A DNA stretch of 55,706 bases, the filler included, from Sphacelaria rigidula (lineage: Eukaryota), in the NCBI GenBank assembly GCA_964200075.2. It is 6 parts of 6 records of this genome, joined end to end, with 100 filler letters (N's around TTAATTAATTAA, not from the genome) between each part and the next. Parts side by side here need not be neighbours in the genome. Positions count along the whole stretch, not along the records: positions 18,605 to 27,805 come from CAXNAA020009055.1; positions 27,906 to 37,106 come from CAXNAA020009056.1; 4 more parts are not named here. The stretch is one strand, 5' to 3'. Below the pieces are notes generated by a model, which was not told where the DNA came from, ran no database searches, and saw nothing but the letters and a program-made list of their open reading frames with translations. A program made the translations under genes and the position numbers. How positions within the stretch are numbered: position 1 is the first letter of the stretch; each line of letters starts with the position of its first letter. Shown in pieces: positions 23,872 to 36,530 of the stretch.

Positions 23872-24159
23872 CAGTCTTGCTGCACATTTCAGATCAGCTC
23901 AACAACTGTCCGTGCCCAATGTCTAATCCACTGTAATTCCAGCCTTATCACCAGTATCGTGCCGAATATTAGTGTCAATTGTTTACGATACTCTTACCCT
24001 TAAGTCCCCGAAAAAGAAGAAAACCACCTACTGCAAACGAATGAGGCGAGCACAGTCACCAGCATCTGTTGTGGCTGCCCCTGCGGTTTACTTGTACCCC
24101 TTGGCCCACTGAGTACGAGACGGCATTACCAGCGTTGGTCGTTGCCTTACTCTTTTTCA

Positions 24160-24350
24160 TGGCGTCAATGACGGGCCAGACGGTGTGCCAAAACAACACA
24201 GTCTCGAAATTCTCCACCCCGTACCTATTGCGCTTTTTTGCGACAAGTCCTGCCAGGGAGAATAGACGTTCTGACTGCATCGAGGTTGCCAGGATAGTAA
24301 GCACCCCGCGAGCAAGCTTGGCCACCAGCGGAAAAGCACGCTCAATCGTA
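24160..24350 (-). mobile_element. hAT transposase relic (C-terminal dimerisation domain) in a BUD31-like intron
   Basis: FPLVAKLARGVLTILATSMQSERLFSLAGLVAKKRNR matches the hATC pattern P.LA.LAR..L.IPATS..SERLFS.AG. Confidence 0.82.
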
Positions 24351-24926
24351 TTCACGTCTGGGTGTGTGCGCTGTGTGGTCATGTGCTCGGCTCTGTACCG
24401 GCATCCCCACGACATGCTTGATGGTACTCGACCATGAAGAGCACTCATTTGAGCACTTCCTTATCATAAACTCCGTCAGTTATGTTTACATTCATTACCC
24501 CATGTGAACGAGGATGCACGCGTAAAACGTCAATCAACGAATCAACCCGAGATTCTTCCGTTCCCACAAGACACATGTTTTCCCAAACTGGAAAATATTT
24601 GGCTTTTCTGCGGTTCTTCGGCCAAATCACTGAACGTCCTTGATATTTTGGATGAATGAAGGGGCTACATATATTCTCCACCGACAGTAGCTGTACTGCG
24701 GTCGGTTCGAAAGTGCCCGTAATCCCGAGGACTCTCGCGTCAGACATACTTGCTCAACACAAAAATACTGTGTGCGGAACAAATTGCGAGGACAACATTG
24801 AAGACAAAAAACTACTGTGATCTCTGATCCTCGTGAATATTGTCTAGAGAGACCACAAAAACAGAGCCCCAGGAACGTTGGAAACGTGCTCTTTACAACT
24901 GCTGTGGTTTTGGAACCTCCACCTAC

Positions 24927-25043
24927 CCTGCAGATGCTGACCGTGCCGAACTTGTAGTTCTTGGTGTTTATAACGTACGTGCTGCATAGCCGCTCGTATC
25001 CTGGCTTCTTCCACTTGGCCATGAGGGGTCCGTCCACCAGTTT
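24927..25043 (-). CDS. BUD31: BUD31-like gene, second visible exon (KLVDGPLMAKWKKPGYERLCSTYVINTKNYKFGTVSICR)
   Basis: gcag acceptor and gtaggt donor; 117 nt, phase 0/0; G10 signature LMAKWKKPGYE.LC. Confidence 0.93.
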
Positions 25044-25383
25044 CTGCGAGACAAAAAAACAACACAATTTACGTCAACGACCAACAGTCACAGAGTTACT
25101 CGTAACATCCTTGTGATCCGACGTGGCATCGCGACGGGTGACGGTGGTCGTTTTGGAAGGATATTTCCAAGTTCCAACTTGAACAAATGGTCCCGTAGAC
25201 AAGAAAGCGGTGTATACTACGCGAGCTTGGGGAGCATATCACCCCGCCATCCCTGATGGATCATGATACGGGCAACTCACGAGTGAATATATTGCAAGGG
25301 ACGGTCCAACAACGGACGCTGATTCGACGAACACGAACGAGAACCGCGCGATTCATGCGTACAATCTTGTCAGGTTTGCTCAC

Positions 25384-25532
25384 ATTTCGAATGCAGTACT
25401 CGAGGACTTCCTTGGAGATCATCTTGTAGACGTAGTGCATATCGTACACATATCGAGACCGCTGCCAGTTGATCTGGAACACCGGCCACATCGACTCCCC
25501 CTTGCGCTTACCCTCGTGCGGCTCGTTCACCT
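25384..25532 (-). CDS. BUD31: BUD31-like gene, first visible exon (VNEPHEGKRKGESMWPVFQINWQRSRYVYDMHYVYKMISKEVLEYCIRN); 5' exon(s) not found on this scaffold
   Basis: gcag acceptor and gtgagc donor; 149 nt; matches the G10/BUD31 pattern EPHEGKRK.E.LWP.F.I..Q.SRY.YD. Confidence 0.93.
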
Positions 25533-26943
25533 CTGCCCCGCGATAAGCAAGATATACACAAAGCGAGGGACGGCATCGTGGGTGTTGAGGTCAGTGTAAG
25601 CGCATAGAATGCTCATTATTCGACTGGGAGTCATATTGTTGATTGATTTGTCGTACATGAATTGATCTCCAAGGGATTCAGCCGTGGTCACGAGATCCCC
25701 GAGGTGAAAAAAATGGGAACATGCGCTGAAGGAAAAACACACACACACACAAACGGAGTGAACTGATATGAAAAAAAGAGAAATAGCAAATAAAAAAGAA
25801 GGGAAAAAAAAAAAACAGAGCCAAAACGAAACCGAAACAAAAGCAGAAAATCATGTTATTAATATAATAGTACAGATACTTCGCTGGCAATCAGGCGAGT
25901 GAACCCGGGGTGGGAGAGGGGGGGACGAGCTGGCCGTGTTCAGCGGTGCGGAGCATGTTCTACGACATTCGGAACGCGAAGCCACGAGGAAAACAAGCGG
26001 GCTATTACACCACCGGTACAATTCGGCATAATGCTTTATCACATTGGGTCGACTTGAACCGTCTCCCAGAGATGCCAGATTCTACCCTGATCTACCGACA
26101 AGTACGCTGTTCAAGCACACACAGCATTTACTGTTGCCCAGTATATTTGTTACTGTTGCTTGCCAAAAAAATTGCACATGACAGTTGAGGAGTCGCTGAT
26201 TGGAGCAAAACAAGTACAAAGTAGGGTAGAGAGGGTGCAGAAGTGGAGGGCGATGAAGTACTCGCTGATCGTACCACTGCATGTAGTCGCCGAATAGCAT
26301 AAGTAACTCTGTGCGGTTGTACAAAGTTTTGACAATGCTCTGTACAGTTATGGGTAGGAATGGGGGCCCTTGCAACCAAAACTCTACACGAAACCTAGAA
26401 TAAAAAATAACGCGGAGGAATAATGAACAGGTCAGTAGATGGTCGGACCTTTGCCGAGGCCCTCACGAACAGAACACATGCTTCCTCACTTATTAACTTG
26501 GTTTAGTATGGGAAGCTGTAGCACTGGAGATCGCGCGGTTCTCGACACAGGAGGGAAGCCGGCCCACGGCACTTGACAGCCCCCCGCACACACACAAGAT
26601 CTAGGGGAACTGGTCACACATTTTAGCTCAAGTCGCAACAGTGGACCAAAACCCCCCCACCAACAGCGGACAATACTTTATTCAGTATATTTGGGTTTTC
26701 TGCGACTCAGTCTCAGGCGCAAACGCAGAAAAGTAACTAAGTGAACTAGCTTGGGTGTGTGGGAAGCGCTCGCAAGAAACCGCAGTCCAATCCTTTGCTT
26801 CGTTGCCGAGTTATAAGCGTTGCGCGATCGGCACTTTTGGGCTGAGGATCATTAGCGTCTTTTGAGGTCGAAGATGGTGAATTAAAAAAAATTGGTGCGT
26901 ATATGTTTTTTCTTGCCGCAAGCAGGTTGTGACGACATGCAGT

Positions 26944-27008
26944 CTGCTTGCGTGCCACCAGGCGCTGCTTGCGTGCCACCAGGCGCTGCTTGCGTGCCAC
27001 CAGGCGCT
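26944..27008. repeat. 21-bp minisatellite, three copies (ctgcttgcgtgccaccaggcg)
   Basis: Three perfect tandem copies read directly. Confidence 0.95.
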
Positions 27009-28131
27009 AAAGGGCAATTTGCCCTCTCTACGGCGAGTATCCTACTAAGTGTCGAATTACAGAGGGAGAGTTCACAGATGAAAGACAAAGCTGGCGGCTG
27101 CTCTGTACCAGGGCTCCAGTGCAGAAGCCAAGGCGACGAGAGCACTAGTATGTGCACTGCCTTACATCTGGTGGCGACTGTGGTCATGTACATAGTAACT
27201 GTCTCTATACACTACAAATAATATAATAATGATATGCAAACTATGCGACGTTCGACAAGCTTCGTTTCGGGCTGCGTGTCTTTTTCTTCGGCTTAGCAGT
27301 GTGTGACGGCATTTCACTTTGTGACGTACCACCAGGTGCTGCTTCGTTCTGTACGGCTGTGCACAAAGGGCAACTTCGCCTTCCAACAGCAAGTACCTTT
27401 CATGTATTGAGTTGCGGAGAGCGAGGTCACACATGAACTTCGGCTGTTGTGTCTGAGGGTCCCAGCGGAGAAGCCAGGGCGCGAAAAGCGATTTTTATTC
27501 CAGACTACGCATTATATATACCAAGGTCGGTAGAGCCACGATACTTGAGGCGACTGCCTGCACACACTGAAGAGAATATTGTACATAAACCATGCGATTT
27601 GCGCCAACTTGCATCTTGTACCACACGTTATTTTTTGGCACCAATCACTGTCATGACATTTGCTTCGGTGGTGGTCCGCTATGTGCTGCTCTGTTCTGTG
27701 GGTATGTGCACAAAGGACAACTTCACGTATCATGAGCGAATACCCTTTTATGCCTTGACTTGTGAGGACAAGTTCACAGATAAAATACGACTGTCTTCTG
27801 GCAGANNNNNNNNNNNNNNNNNNNNNNNNNNNNNNNNNNNNNNNNNNNNTTAATTAATTAANNNNNNNNNNNNNNNNNNNNNNNNNNNNNNNNNNNNNNN
27901 NNNNNTACATCCTGCTAAGATTGTTCGGCCCGAAGCCTACTGATTATCTCGCATTTGGATGACAGCCTACAATGAGTTGCTTGAAGACACTGTGATTGTG
28001 ATTGTGGTGCCTAACTCCTTCCCAGACAGTGCCTAAACTCTCAATCAATCGGGCCGCAGGTTCTGAGCGCTGTAAAGATGTGGGAAACGATAAGGGCTTT
28101 GATCAAGTCATTTTCACTAGTGGAGGGTTTA

Positions 28132-28340
28132 GGGTCGGTCGGCCTTGACGAGACCTGAAGAATAATTTTGAAAAAAAATGATGAATCGTTTTGGCGATTC
28201 AAAGTCCCGTGATTGATATAAAGTTTTTGCTGACCGGCACCCAGTCAAGAAGTGACCGAAAAAAATTACAGCTGCCCATCACATTGCATAAATCACGAAG
28301 TTTTTTCCAAATGATTTTTCGGGTCCCGTTAAGGCGGCCC
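28132..28340. mobile_element. MITE, possibly PIF/Harbinger (Tourist)-like
   Basis: About 40-bp imperfect TIRs ggtcggccttgacgagacctgaagaataattttgaaaaaa / ttttttccaaatgatttttcgggtcccgttaaggcggccc; GGG...CCC termini with flanks tta / ttg. Confidence 0.65.
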
Positions 28341-28689
28341 TTGAATCGAAGTGCTTTCCCATTTTGTCATTTTTATATTTCTCGTATATTATACACTGCT
28401 ACTACGCGTGGCCTCTCTGTCCTGGACATTTGCAGGTCCCAGTGTCATCGGCAAACCAAAGATAAATTCTCAAGTATCCGTATCTACTCCAGACAAGCCG
28501 TTCAGAACACTCCAAAATAGAAGTTTGGTTCGTAGGTACTGTTGGACGCACCCCAACATCACCTGCTGGCTAAATTTTAAGTTTCAAATATATGCGCTTA
28601 CTACGAATAATCAATCCTTACAGAGTATTTGAAGATGGATATTTGGTTCGTAGGTGATGTTGGGGGCCGTACATAGGGCCGGGGGTTGA

Positions 28690-29200
28690 GCGGGTGAACT
28701 CATGATCATTCATATGGCATACTCGTGAGACCATTGACCTCGCATCCCTACAAAGCCTGGACGGAGAACGCCGGGTTCTCGCCGGGCCAGGCTCGCACTC
28801 AGTCACTAAGCACGAAGCGCCGTGGTGTGTCCGGCGAGTCGCATGGAGGGTGAGCTGCATCCTGCTAAGTTTGTTCGGCCCGAAGCCTACTGATTATATC
28901 GCATTTGGATGACAGCCTACAATAAGTTTCTTCATTTTCTGGTATCGCCACTTCCAGAGTCAGCCACGGGTTATACGCTGCCTCGTGAGTGTCTCACCAT
29001 TTCAACATTACGTCGTACGATCATCCCCATTGTGCAGAGTTGAGCCTCTCCCACGCCGCACAGCATGGTCTAGCTCGACTACCATCATGGTTACCGCAAA
29101 AACACGCAAGTGCGCAAAAAAAAATCGGTAGCCTGGCTGCCTAGCTTACTCAGTGAGTGGCGTGTTTTACAGCGTCATGGCCAACCGACGCCAGCCCCAT
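28690..29200 (-). mobile_element. SINE-like retroelement, same family as 10186-10690; a second partial copy follows at 29240-29462
   Basis: Reverse-complement homology over about 500 bp. Confidence 0.75.
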
Positions 29201-29709
29201 TCGGGGTCCGCCAGTGTAAGGCCGGGACAGAGCACCGCCTCATGGGTGTCTTACCATTTGAACACTACCTACTGTAGTACAATCATCCCCTTTGCGCGGA
29301 GTTGAGGATCTCCCACGCCGTACAATATGATGTAGCTGGACCAGCATCATGATTACCCCAAAAAGATGCAAGCGATAAAATAAAAAAAGCGGTGACCTGG
29401 CTGCCTTGCTTATACAGTGAGTGGCGTGTTTTACAGCATCGTTGCCAACCGACGCCAACCCTTAAAGGAGGTGAGCTCGGTGGGGTGGACAAAGAGGCCA
29501 AAAATAATAGGTGCATACGATAGACATTGAGAAATAGACATTGAGAAATGGAAACCAGAGGCTCAAAACCACAACATGCACGATATGTTGTCCATTTGTT
29601 GTGATTCGTTCGTTCGTTCATTTCAACCTCTTCAGTGCCCATCATCCAGCAGGCCGGGTTTTTTCTTTTTCTTTGCAGGGGTGCGAAAAAGTGTTCGAGG
29701 GGCGACACA

Positions 29710-29760
29710 TTAGCTTGCCTCAGTCGTTTGACCATTGACCACGCATCTATTTCGAGTCCG
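29710..29760 (-). mobile_element. LINE tail family A fragment
   Basis: gcttgcctcagtcgtttgaccattgaccacgcatctatttcga is the reverse complement of about 9068-9110. Confidence 0.7.
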
Positions 29761-31292
29761 GAGCATGTCGCAGGGGCCTGTCTTTTCTAACTTTATTTCG
29801 CTTTTTTTTCTCATCGGGACCGTTTTTATTTTAGTTTTAGTTTTTCTCGTTGTACCCTTCCTTTTCCTTTTTCTGCTTGCTTTAGTTTTGTTTTTTGTTT
29901 TTCAGGTTACGATACTCCGTTTGCCTTCATGTTTTTTTTTTCTTCGTCTGCCATCGTTCTCGAATTTCGTTTTAGCGAGCGTTTCCGCTGTGTTTACCTT
30001 GAACACATGTATCTCGTGGATACATGACCAATCACGCCTGGCTCTCTCGAGGATCAGTTAATGTGCGTCAATCAATCAACCAAACGAACACACAATGAAC
30101 GACGCCTACACGGGAAGGCCCTTGCCATTCAAATGCCCGTGTCACATATGTCACAGCACTACACTACAGTAGAGGGCAGTCAGCCATTCGTGCACAAGGC
30201 AGGTCACCGGCATTATTATATCATAATCAACGGTGAACCAACGTTACAGTAGCCGCGATCGCGCGAAGAGCAACTACAGTGGTACATCCATGTGGTCAGC
30301 ACGCAAATAATTTCGAATCGTTTGTTGCTGAAGAGTACCCCCCCCCCCCCCCCCCCCCCCCCGCCAGCCAAACAAAAAACACAACACGCAAGCGCATACC
30401 ACCACAACCACCACACCAACCACACCAACAGACCAAAATACTNNNNNNNNNNGCTACCCATGTGGCCCGCACCCAAAAAATTTCGAATTCTTGTTTGCCG
30501 AAGAGTCCCCCCCCCCCCCCCCCCAACAGGCGATTGAATAGCATGAACGGACACACGTTGACGTATCCACAAGCAACACGCATGCAACATCAGGGGTGAG
30601 CTTATCGTTTTTCATATACCCTTGCTTCCGTCCGCGCCTATTTGCTGCCGAGTCTGAGGCAGACGCGGCCTACAAAAAACCCCACACCGCCCTCTCAACC
30701 ATGGTGGTCTGCCGCGAGGCTATTGGCGGAAAAGCACAATACGCGAAATCTGTTCCAGCGTCCGAAAGTCGTGATAGGTCTTCCTCGTCTAAAGTATTGC
30801 CATCCTCCACGGGTCTGTCAGGCCTCGCAGCAGGCCGCAGGCTCTGAAGCTGCGAGCTACCGCAATAATCAGTGTTATTGTTCAGACCTGCGGCTAGTGG
30901 TGTTCGCGAACCAGAGGAGAGCTAATCCACTTATTGAAGGATCGATGTTACTGGCATCGAAGGTCATAAGCGAATGGAGTGACATTGTAACTGTTCTGAA
31001 AAATATGTCTAGCGCGGACTGGGAGGTCGAATCATTTTGCGTGGACTGCGAAGATTGATGCATCTGTTATGACGTAGTGAGCAATTCTACATTGAAGAAA
31101 GGGTTCTACCAATGTATATCTTTTTTCATTGCGGATATGGGCTCAACAAAAACTAATAATAAGGTTCAATTGCACACCATCGTTTAAACGTGTTTTTCAA
31201 CATGTTTTTCAACATGTTTTTCAACATGTTTTACACTTGAACCGGTGTCAGAAGCACGGTTGTTTTTTATGGAGGGGGGATGAACAAAGGGT

Positions 31293-31319
31293 TAACCCTA
31301 ACCCTAACCCTAACCCTAA
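31293..31319. repeat. Interstitial telomere-type repeat (TAACCC)4
   Basis: taaccctaaccctaaccctaaccctaa; a 12-bp repeat (catgtttttcaa) lies nearby at about 31190-31231. Confidence 0.8.
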
Positions 31320-32370
31320 GTTGTTTTTACATAACGGAAAAGCCAGATTAACGAAAGAGAAAATAAGAGGAAGGAGAAGGGAAGGGGAATAAATATATGA
31401 ATGGTTTGGATGATGAGAAATGATGACAAAACGTCACCCGGAAGAGGACCAAAGAAGGAAACAGAGACGGAGAAAACAAGAAACAACGAGCAAGAAATAG
31501 CCAGCCCCTGCCTGCACAATAGCTTCAGGTAACGATTGAGAAAAAGAAAATGTGGGAAAGCTACCTGGGAACCACACGATTTGGGCATGGATCGTCACCC
31601 ACGTAGCTGGCTCCATTGGGGCGATACACAAGGCAGCTGTGTCGATATGTTGGTGAACATATGAATACTATAATAGCGGCCCATGTGAACGTTCGTGAGT
31701 TGATATACTCTCGAAGTACGAGCTCTCCTTCAGTGGAGATTCGATACCTCCGCGGTATTTGAAAATTGTCAATTATTGAGCTCACGGGGAAACGCAAGTG
31801 GTCAATCTTTTGACACCCATCTATACATATATATATATACAGATACTGTATGTATAGAAAGTATAAATGTATAGTATAATATAGTATAGTATAGTATAGT
31901 GCATGGGTTTTGTTCATGACCCAGATATATATATATATATTTTTTTTTGCCGTGTGAGCAGCCGTGATGTCCGCCTTCCACTCCACAGCCATCGCTTCTT
32001 TTCTCCTCGTTCGTTTTCTTTGGTTTTGTATTATCGTTCGCCCGCGGTATGTTGTGTTATGCTGTGATGAGAAACTGAGTAAGGGCGATAGCCCCCCCCC
32101 GCCCGGCGGAACCAGCCTCAAAACTGATGACAAGAAAACGGTCATTCCACGCATGATGGTTGGTTTCAGGCTGCATGGAGCGTCTCATATGGGCGACATT
32201 GGTTGGGAAATAATCCCAAGCGTAGGAGTTCCCCGCTGCTCGGTGTGCTCAGCTTTTGTAATTTCGATTCGCATGTAGATTTCTGTAGATTTCAACACCT
32301 CAAACCAGTCTCTATTTTTGTTTTTGTTTGGGGGGGGGGGGGGGCTGTCGTGGTATACCTTCCAACACAG

Positions 32371-32495
32371 GATTTCCTCGTGGATGCCATGGCGGAGCCG
32401 CGCTCTCTGGAGGCTGTGGGGCGGGAATGGGGGTTCGACGGGACGGGCATGGAGGCGCACGATGGGATTCTCCGGAGAACGGAGTGGATCCGAAG
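32371..32495 (+). CDS. Class-3 lipase (sn1-diacylglycerol-lipase-like), exon (DFLVDAMAEPRSLEAVGREWGFDGTGMEAHDGILRRTEWIR)
   Basis: cag acceptor and gtacag donor; D.L.D lid motif and AH.G motif of Lipase_3; ends in phase 2, matching the next exon. Confidence 0.85.
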
Positions 32496-34618
32496 GTACA
32501 GTAGGGTCTAGGGTCTGCACGGCTTGCTTTGATTTGGGGAATAAAGGATGAAGCTGATGCTTGAATTACTTTCACTTTCCCCGACGCATCAAATTCCGCA
32601 ATATTGAGTATGTGGTGCTCGATTTTCACCACGTCGCCCCCATTCATGGTCGCGTGTAGGCCTCATCGCCGTAGGATTCGTCCGGCTTGAGCGTAACACG
32701 TAACACGCAACACGCACATGTCACGGCATTACTTCCCCTGACAAAGGAACAAAAAAACAGGGAAGAAAAAAACAGAGCAGAGCAGCCAGGAGGCTTCCTC
32801 GTTGTTCTTCTTTTTATCGTCATCACATCGTCCGTTGTACGGTTCCTGTTACCTTCTCTTCAGACCCCCAGTAGAAATATGCAAGGTTGGAGATTCCCAG
32901 GTGAAGGAAGACGTACGGAGGAATTCCACTCCTCCGGTGGGCGGGTAACAACGTTACTGCAATCGCGAGCTGCACGTACAGGTGCAGATGGTACTTCCCT
33001 CTGGTCTTACCCATTCGCGTTTATAATGTTGATGGTTTTATTTGTGCTCCCCTTTGTGCCCGAGTAGAAGGAAACAGAATACTCTTGTGGATAATGACGC
33101 AGATCGTTTTTTGGAAACGTGCTCGAGAACGAAACTTTTTTTTTGCCGATGTACGTAATTCTTGTTGTTGTTGTCTTCTTATCATTATTGTTATATTCGT
33201 CGTATTAGCCCGAACTCTCGAACCCGTGGTCACAGAGTGCAAGGAGCGTACCACCCATACCCATAACTCAAACAGCCCACGGAGGAAGGCGAGAAAGAAA
33301 ACATGTACACGAAAAAGGGCACCTACACTACGAAAGATCCGCATGAGACCGATTGAGCTACAGGAGACCTACTGGAATCTAAGCATTCCCCGCGTGTGAC
33401 CCCTCCGACTACCTTGCCACGTACTGGTGTATGCGCAAAGTAGTAACAGCGAGTGAGCCGACGATCGAAACTGGAGCCCAGAACAGAGACCAATCCCAAA
33501 ATATATCTACTGTCTAAAGTGCTGTTCAAAGAGGTCCTCTACTGAGCCTGCGCACCGGAGACTGAACAACGTCAAATACGAAGATCCAAAAGAAACAAGA
33601 ACAAAAAAAGTACGAGCCGATGGCAACGAGGAGGGAAAGCGAGGAAATATGATCTCCCACGGGCTCTGGTCAGGTAGCATCTTCATGGAAACACAACAGA
33701 CAGGGCGTGTCTAGCCTACACACGGCATAACGCTATCAGCAAAAAACAGAATCTGTTCAAAGTGTCCTGTATTTTACCATGAAAACATGAGATGTCATCT
33801 GTATGTAATATCCACAACAAACCACTACATGAAAAAGAAACGACAGGAGAAGAATATTCCGCCCTCAACAAAATTAGCCGCCTGCTCTACTATTCTCCCC
33901 CGCAAGATCCTCTTCGAAGTTGACTTCCTGACGCTCCCATCTGTCACTCACCAGCGTCCGTGGCCAACCCAGCCGCCCATCGTCGCTGGTGCCCATGACC
34001 TCAAACAGTGCCCCCTCTGCTTCATTTCGTCGTAAAACACTTTTTCCTTCGTGATGCACTCTGGCTCTGGTCTGTAGTAAGTGTCTCGTCCAGGAGGCTC
34101 AACCGGAGCTAGCCCGTCCGACGACGACAGCTTCTCCTCCATCCTTGTCGCCGCAACCAGTCCGCACACCGGCACACTTTCTTTTGTATCTAAGGTGTGC
34201 GTGTCAGCTATTGACAGGGGTGTCATCTGCCTGTCATCTGCCTCCGCGCACACACCGAATCCCAGCATGCCCGCACTCAGGTTGTTGGCATATTGTACTG
34301 CTGCATTAGAGCAGGGGTGGGTGTGCCTGATGAGCACCGTGCTGACCCAACTTTACCACCACACCACACCATGGCCTTGGCCAAGGGTAGTAGTGAGAAG
34401 GAATCACCCTTTGACGGTGATTCCGGCCCTGCACCCGCCGAAAAGACTGTCCCCACGCCGTACCGACAAGACCGGTCATGGCCTTCGTTGAAAGACGGGG
34501 AGCTGCTTCCATTTTTGTTTTTCATTGGTCTCGAGTATGAACTGACTACGTCACCCCGCGTTAGTCATCAGTGTTACGGAGTCATGCTACACACATACAG
34601 TATCGCCATGCTATTTTT

Positions 34619-34761
34619 CACACCGTCGACAATGGATTACATTGTCAAAAGGTGCACTGCGTACAGTATAGACTATTGCATCTATTGCATTAGACAATGG
34701 ATTCCATACTGTGCGCAGTTTATTTATTTACGCTGTAATCTCCGTCACTATCCAGGGTGTG
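34619..34761. mobile_element. hAT-type MITE, 143 bp, intronic
   Basis: cacacc...ggtgtg termini with a perfect 8-bp TSD ctattttt (34611-34618, 34762-34769). Confidence 0.88.
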
Positions 34762-35160
34762 CTATTTTTCGAAGCTCTGAAGATGTGGATAGAGTAAGGC
34801 GGTGTCCGTATAGGTCACGTGGGACAATCGCGCAGAGTTAACGTTCCGCTTCGACCCCACCCGGCCGTGTTCTCACATAAAGGTAGACGCATAGTAGGCG
34901 TATGCACCCCAGAGCAAAGCAAAATAAGGAAGAAAAAACAAAAAAAAACACTCGCTGGACAAAGGAAACGTGAAAAAGGGTAGCAAGTAGTACTCATATC
35001 GCAAAAATATCGTACAAGGAGAAAAAACACATCAAGGACACGAGAACCACATCCCAGTCCAGCACACTACACACCACACCACGCCACGCCACACTGGCAA
35101 CGCACACACACAAACTGGCAACTCACACACGCACACACTCTGACGAAAAACACGCGGCAG

Positions 35161-35329
35161 AGATCTGGAGGAAAGCGGGGTCCTGCGCATGCTGCTGGGA
35201 GAAACGCGGCGCGAGCCTTGGTCTATCGGTGGCGGCAGGAGCAATCGAGCGGGCGGAGAGCAGAAGGACGACGAAGGCCGAGTTCCGCTTGCGGCTGCCG
35301 CTGGGGGGACGTTTTGCGCCGGCTACACG
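35161..35329 (+). CDS. Class-3 lipase, exon (DLEESGVLRMLLGETRREPW...GGTFCAGYT)
   Basis: gcag acceptor and gtgagt donor; 169 nt, phase 2/0, joining both flanking exons in frame; GC-rich. Confidence 0.82.
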
Positions 35330-36227
35330 GTGAGTTCTGTTTTTGCTACAGTACGTAGTACATCATAGTGCATACATGTATTCGTGGAGGCAGTGGCGCT
35401 GGGGCGGAGGACGGTGATTGCCACAGTACAATGTTGACGACAGTTGACGCGGTGCGAGGGTGCTGAATCAATCCGCGAGACCAGGATGGAAGGCGTGTGC
35501 CGAGGAGAGATAAGTTGACCCCTTGACACCACAGACGCGTCCCGAGGAAGGGGAGAGGTTCAGAGTGCGGCAAAGAGTGCGGCAAAGAATTAAACACATG
35601 GATAAAATTATTAAATTATAAAATTATTCAGATGACATACAAATATTTGAAGTATTTCAGTTACCAGGTCAGTTACCCAGGTATATTATCCCAATCTTTT
35701 TTTTTCTTTTCAGGCAGTACCTCAGGTCGGCGGGCGACCACCATGGACTACCCGACAGGTCTATCGAAGTATTGATTCCGACGGGAACTACATATTTTTT
35801 CAGAGGTTGAATACGTACAGCTATCTATCATCTGGTGTCATGAATTAAAGGGCACCGTCGCGGTGTCGAGATATGATTGAAGTTTCACGAAATATTGATA
35901 TCGGGGGGGTGTGGATAACCTAGGGTTTCGGCGCTCGCTATCCGTCATTTTCCAGTCCCATGCGTGCGCCAGTCCGGTCAATAATGAGGACTCTCAATGA
36001 TTATTCGATTCAACGACAGAAAGGAATGGCTGTATGAAGTGCTGCTGCTGCTGCAGTGCAGCACATCCCGAAAGGTTGCTTGCTCGACGGAGGGCTGATC
36101 ATCGCCCTTGCCGTGTCAATTCATCTTATGTGAAGGTTTCTTCCGCTGTCTCTCTCTCCCTGTCTGTCTGTTCCCTCTATCTCTCTATTTCTGTCTCTCT
36201 ACCGACCTGATCGCGAAAAAATATAAG

Positions 36228-36365
36228 GTGCGGGTGGTGGGGCATTCCCTCGGGGCGGGGTGTGCCGCGCTGCTGACGCTCCTGTTGAAACCAGCGTACC
36301 CTTGCGTGAGGGGGATCGCAGTCAGTCCACCGGGAGGACTCGTGTCGGAGGGGGCCTGCCGAGAG
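36228..36365 (+). CDS. Class-3 lipase, catalytic-serine exon (VRVVGHSLGAGCAALLTLLLKPAYPCVRGIAVSPPGGLVSEGACRE)
   Basis: GHSLG nucleophile elbow and SPPGG motif as in DAG-lipase-like enzymes; long pyrimidine tract then an aag acceptor; the donor could instead be gtacgt at about 36377-36381. Confidence 0.9.
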
Positions 36366-36530
36366 GTGGGGATGGGGTACGTACGTAATCGTGATTGTTA
36401 TGGCTGTGGGAGCAGCGACGTCCTCTGCCGCGCACAGTGTTTGGTGTTTATGTTTTTGGCGTTTGCACCTGCGGGAGAAAAGCTGCGGCCAAGCGTGTGT
36501 GTGAGAGTACCTGCATCTGATGATGAAATT

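Noticed and set aside
30300-30530. Poly-C/poly-G tracts and local duplication around 10-N gaps (also about 42430-42570, 43355-43555, 9121-9202) as G-quadruplex arrays or Pro/Gly-rich proteins
   Set aside because: They border assembly gaps and look like low-quality reads through homopolymers; lengths and duplications are unreliable.
30880-31058. Coding-like stretch (DLRLVVFANQRRANPLIEGSMLLASKVISEW...), and similar ones at 15390-15620 -, 32540-32650 - and 33870-34340 -
   Set aside because: No recognisable motif and no consistent splice chain; cannot be supported without a homology search.
31293-31319. Chromosome end
   Set aside because: Only four internal TAACCC copies, with non-telomeric sequence on both sides.
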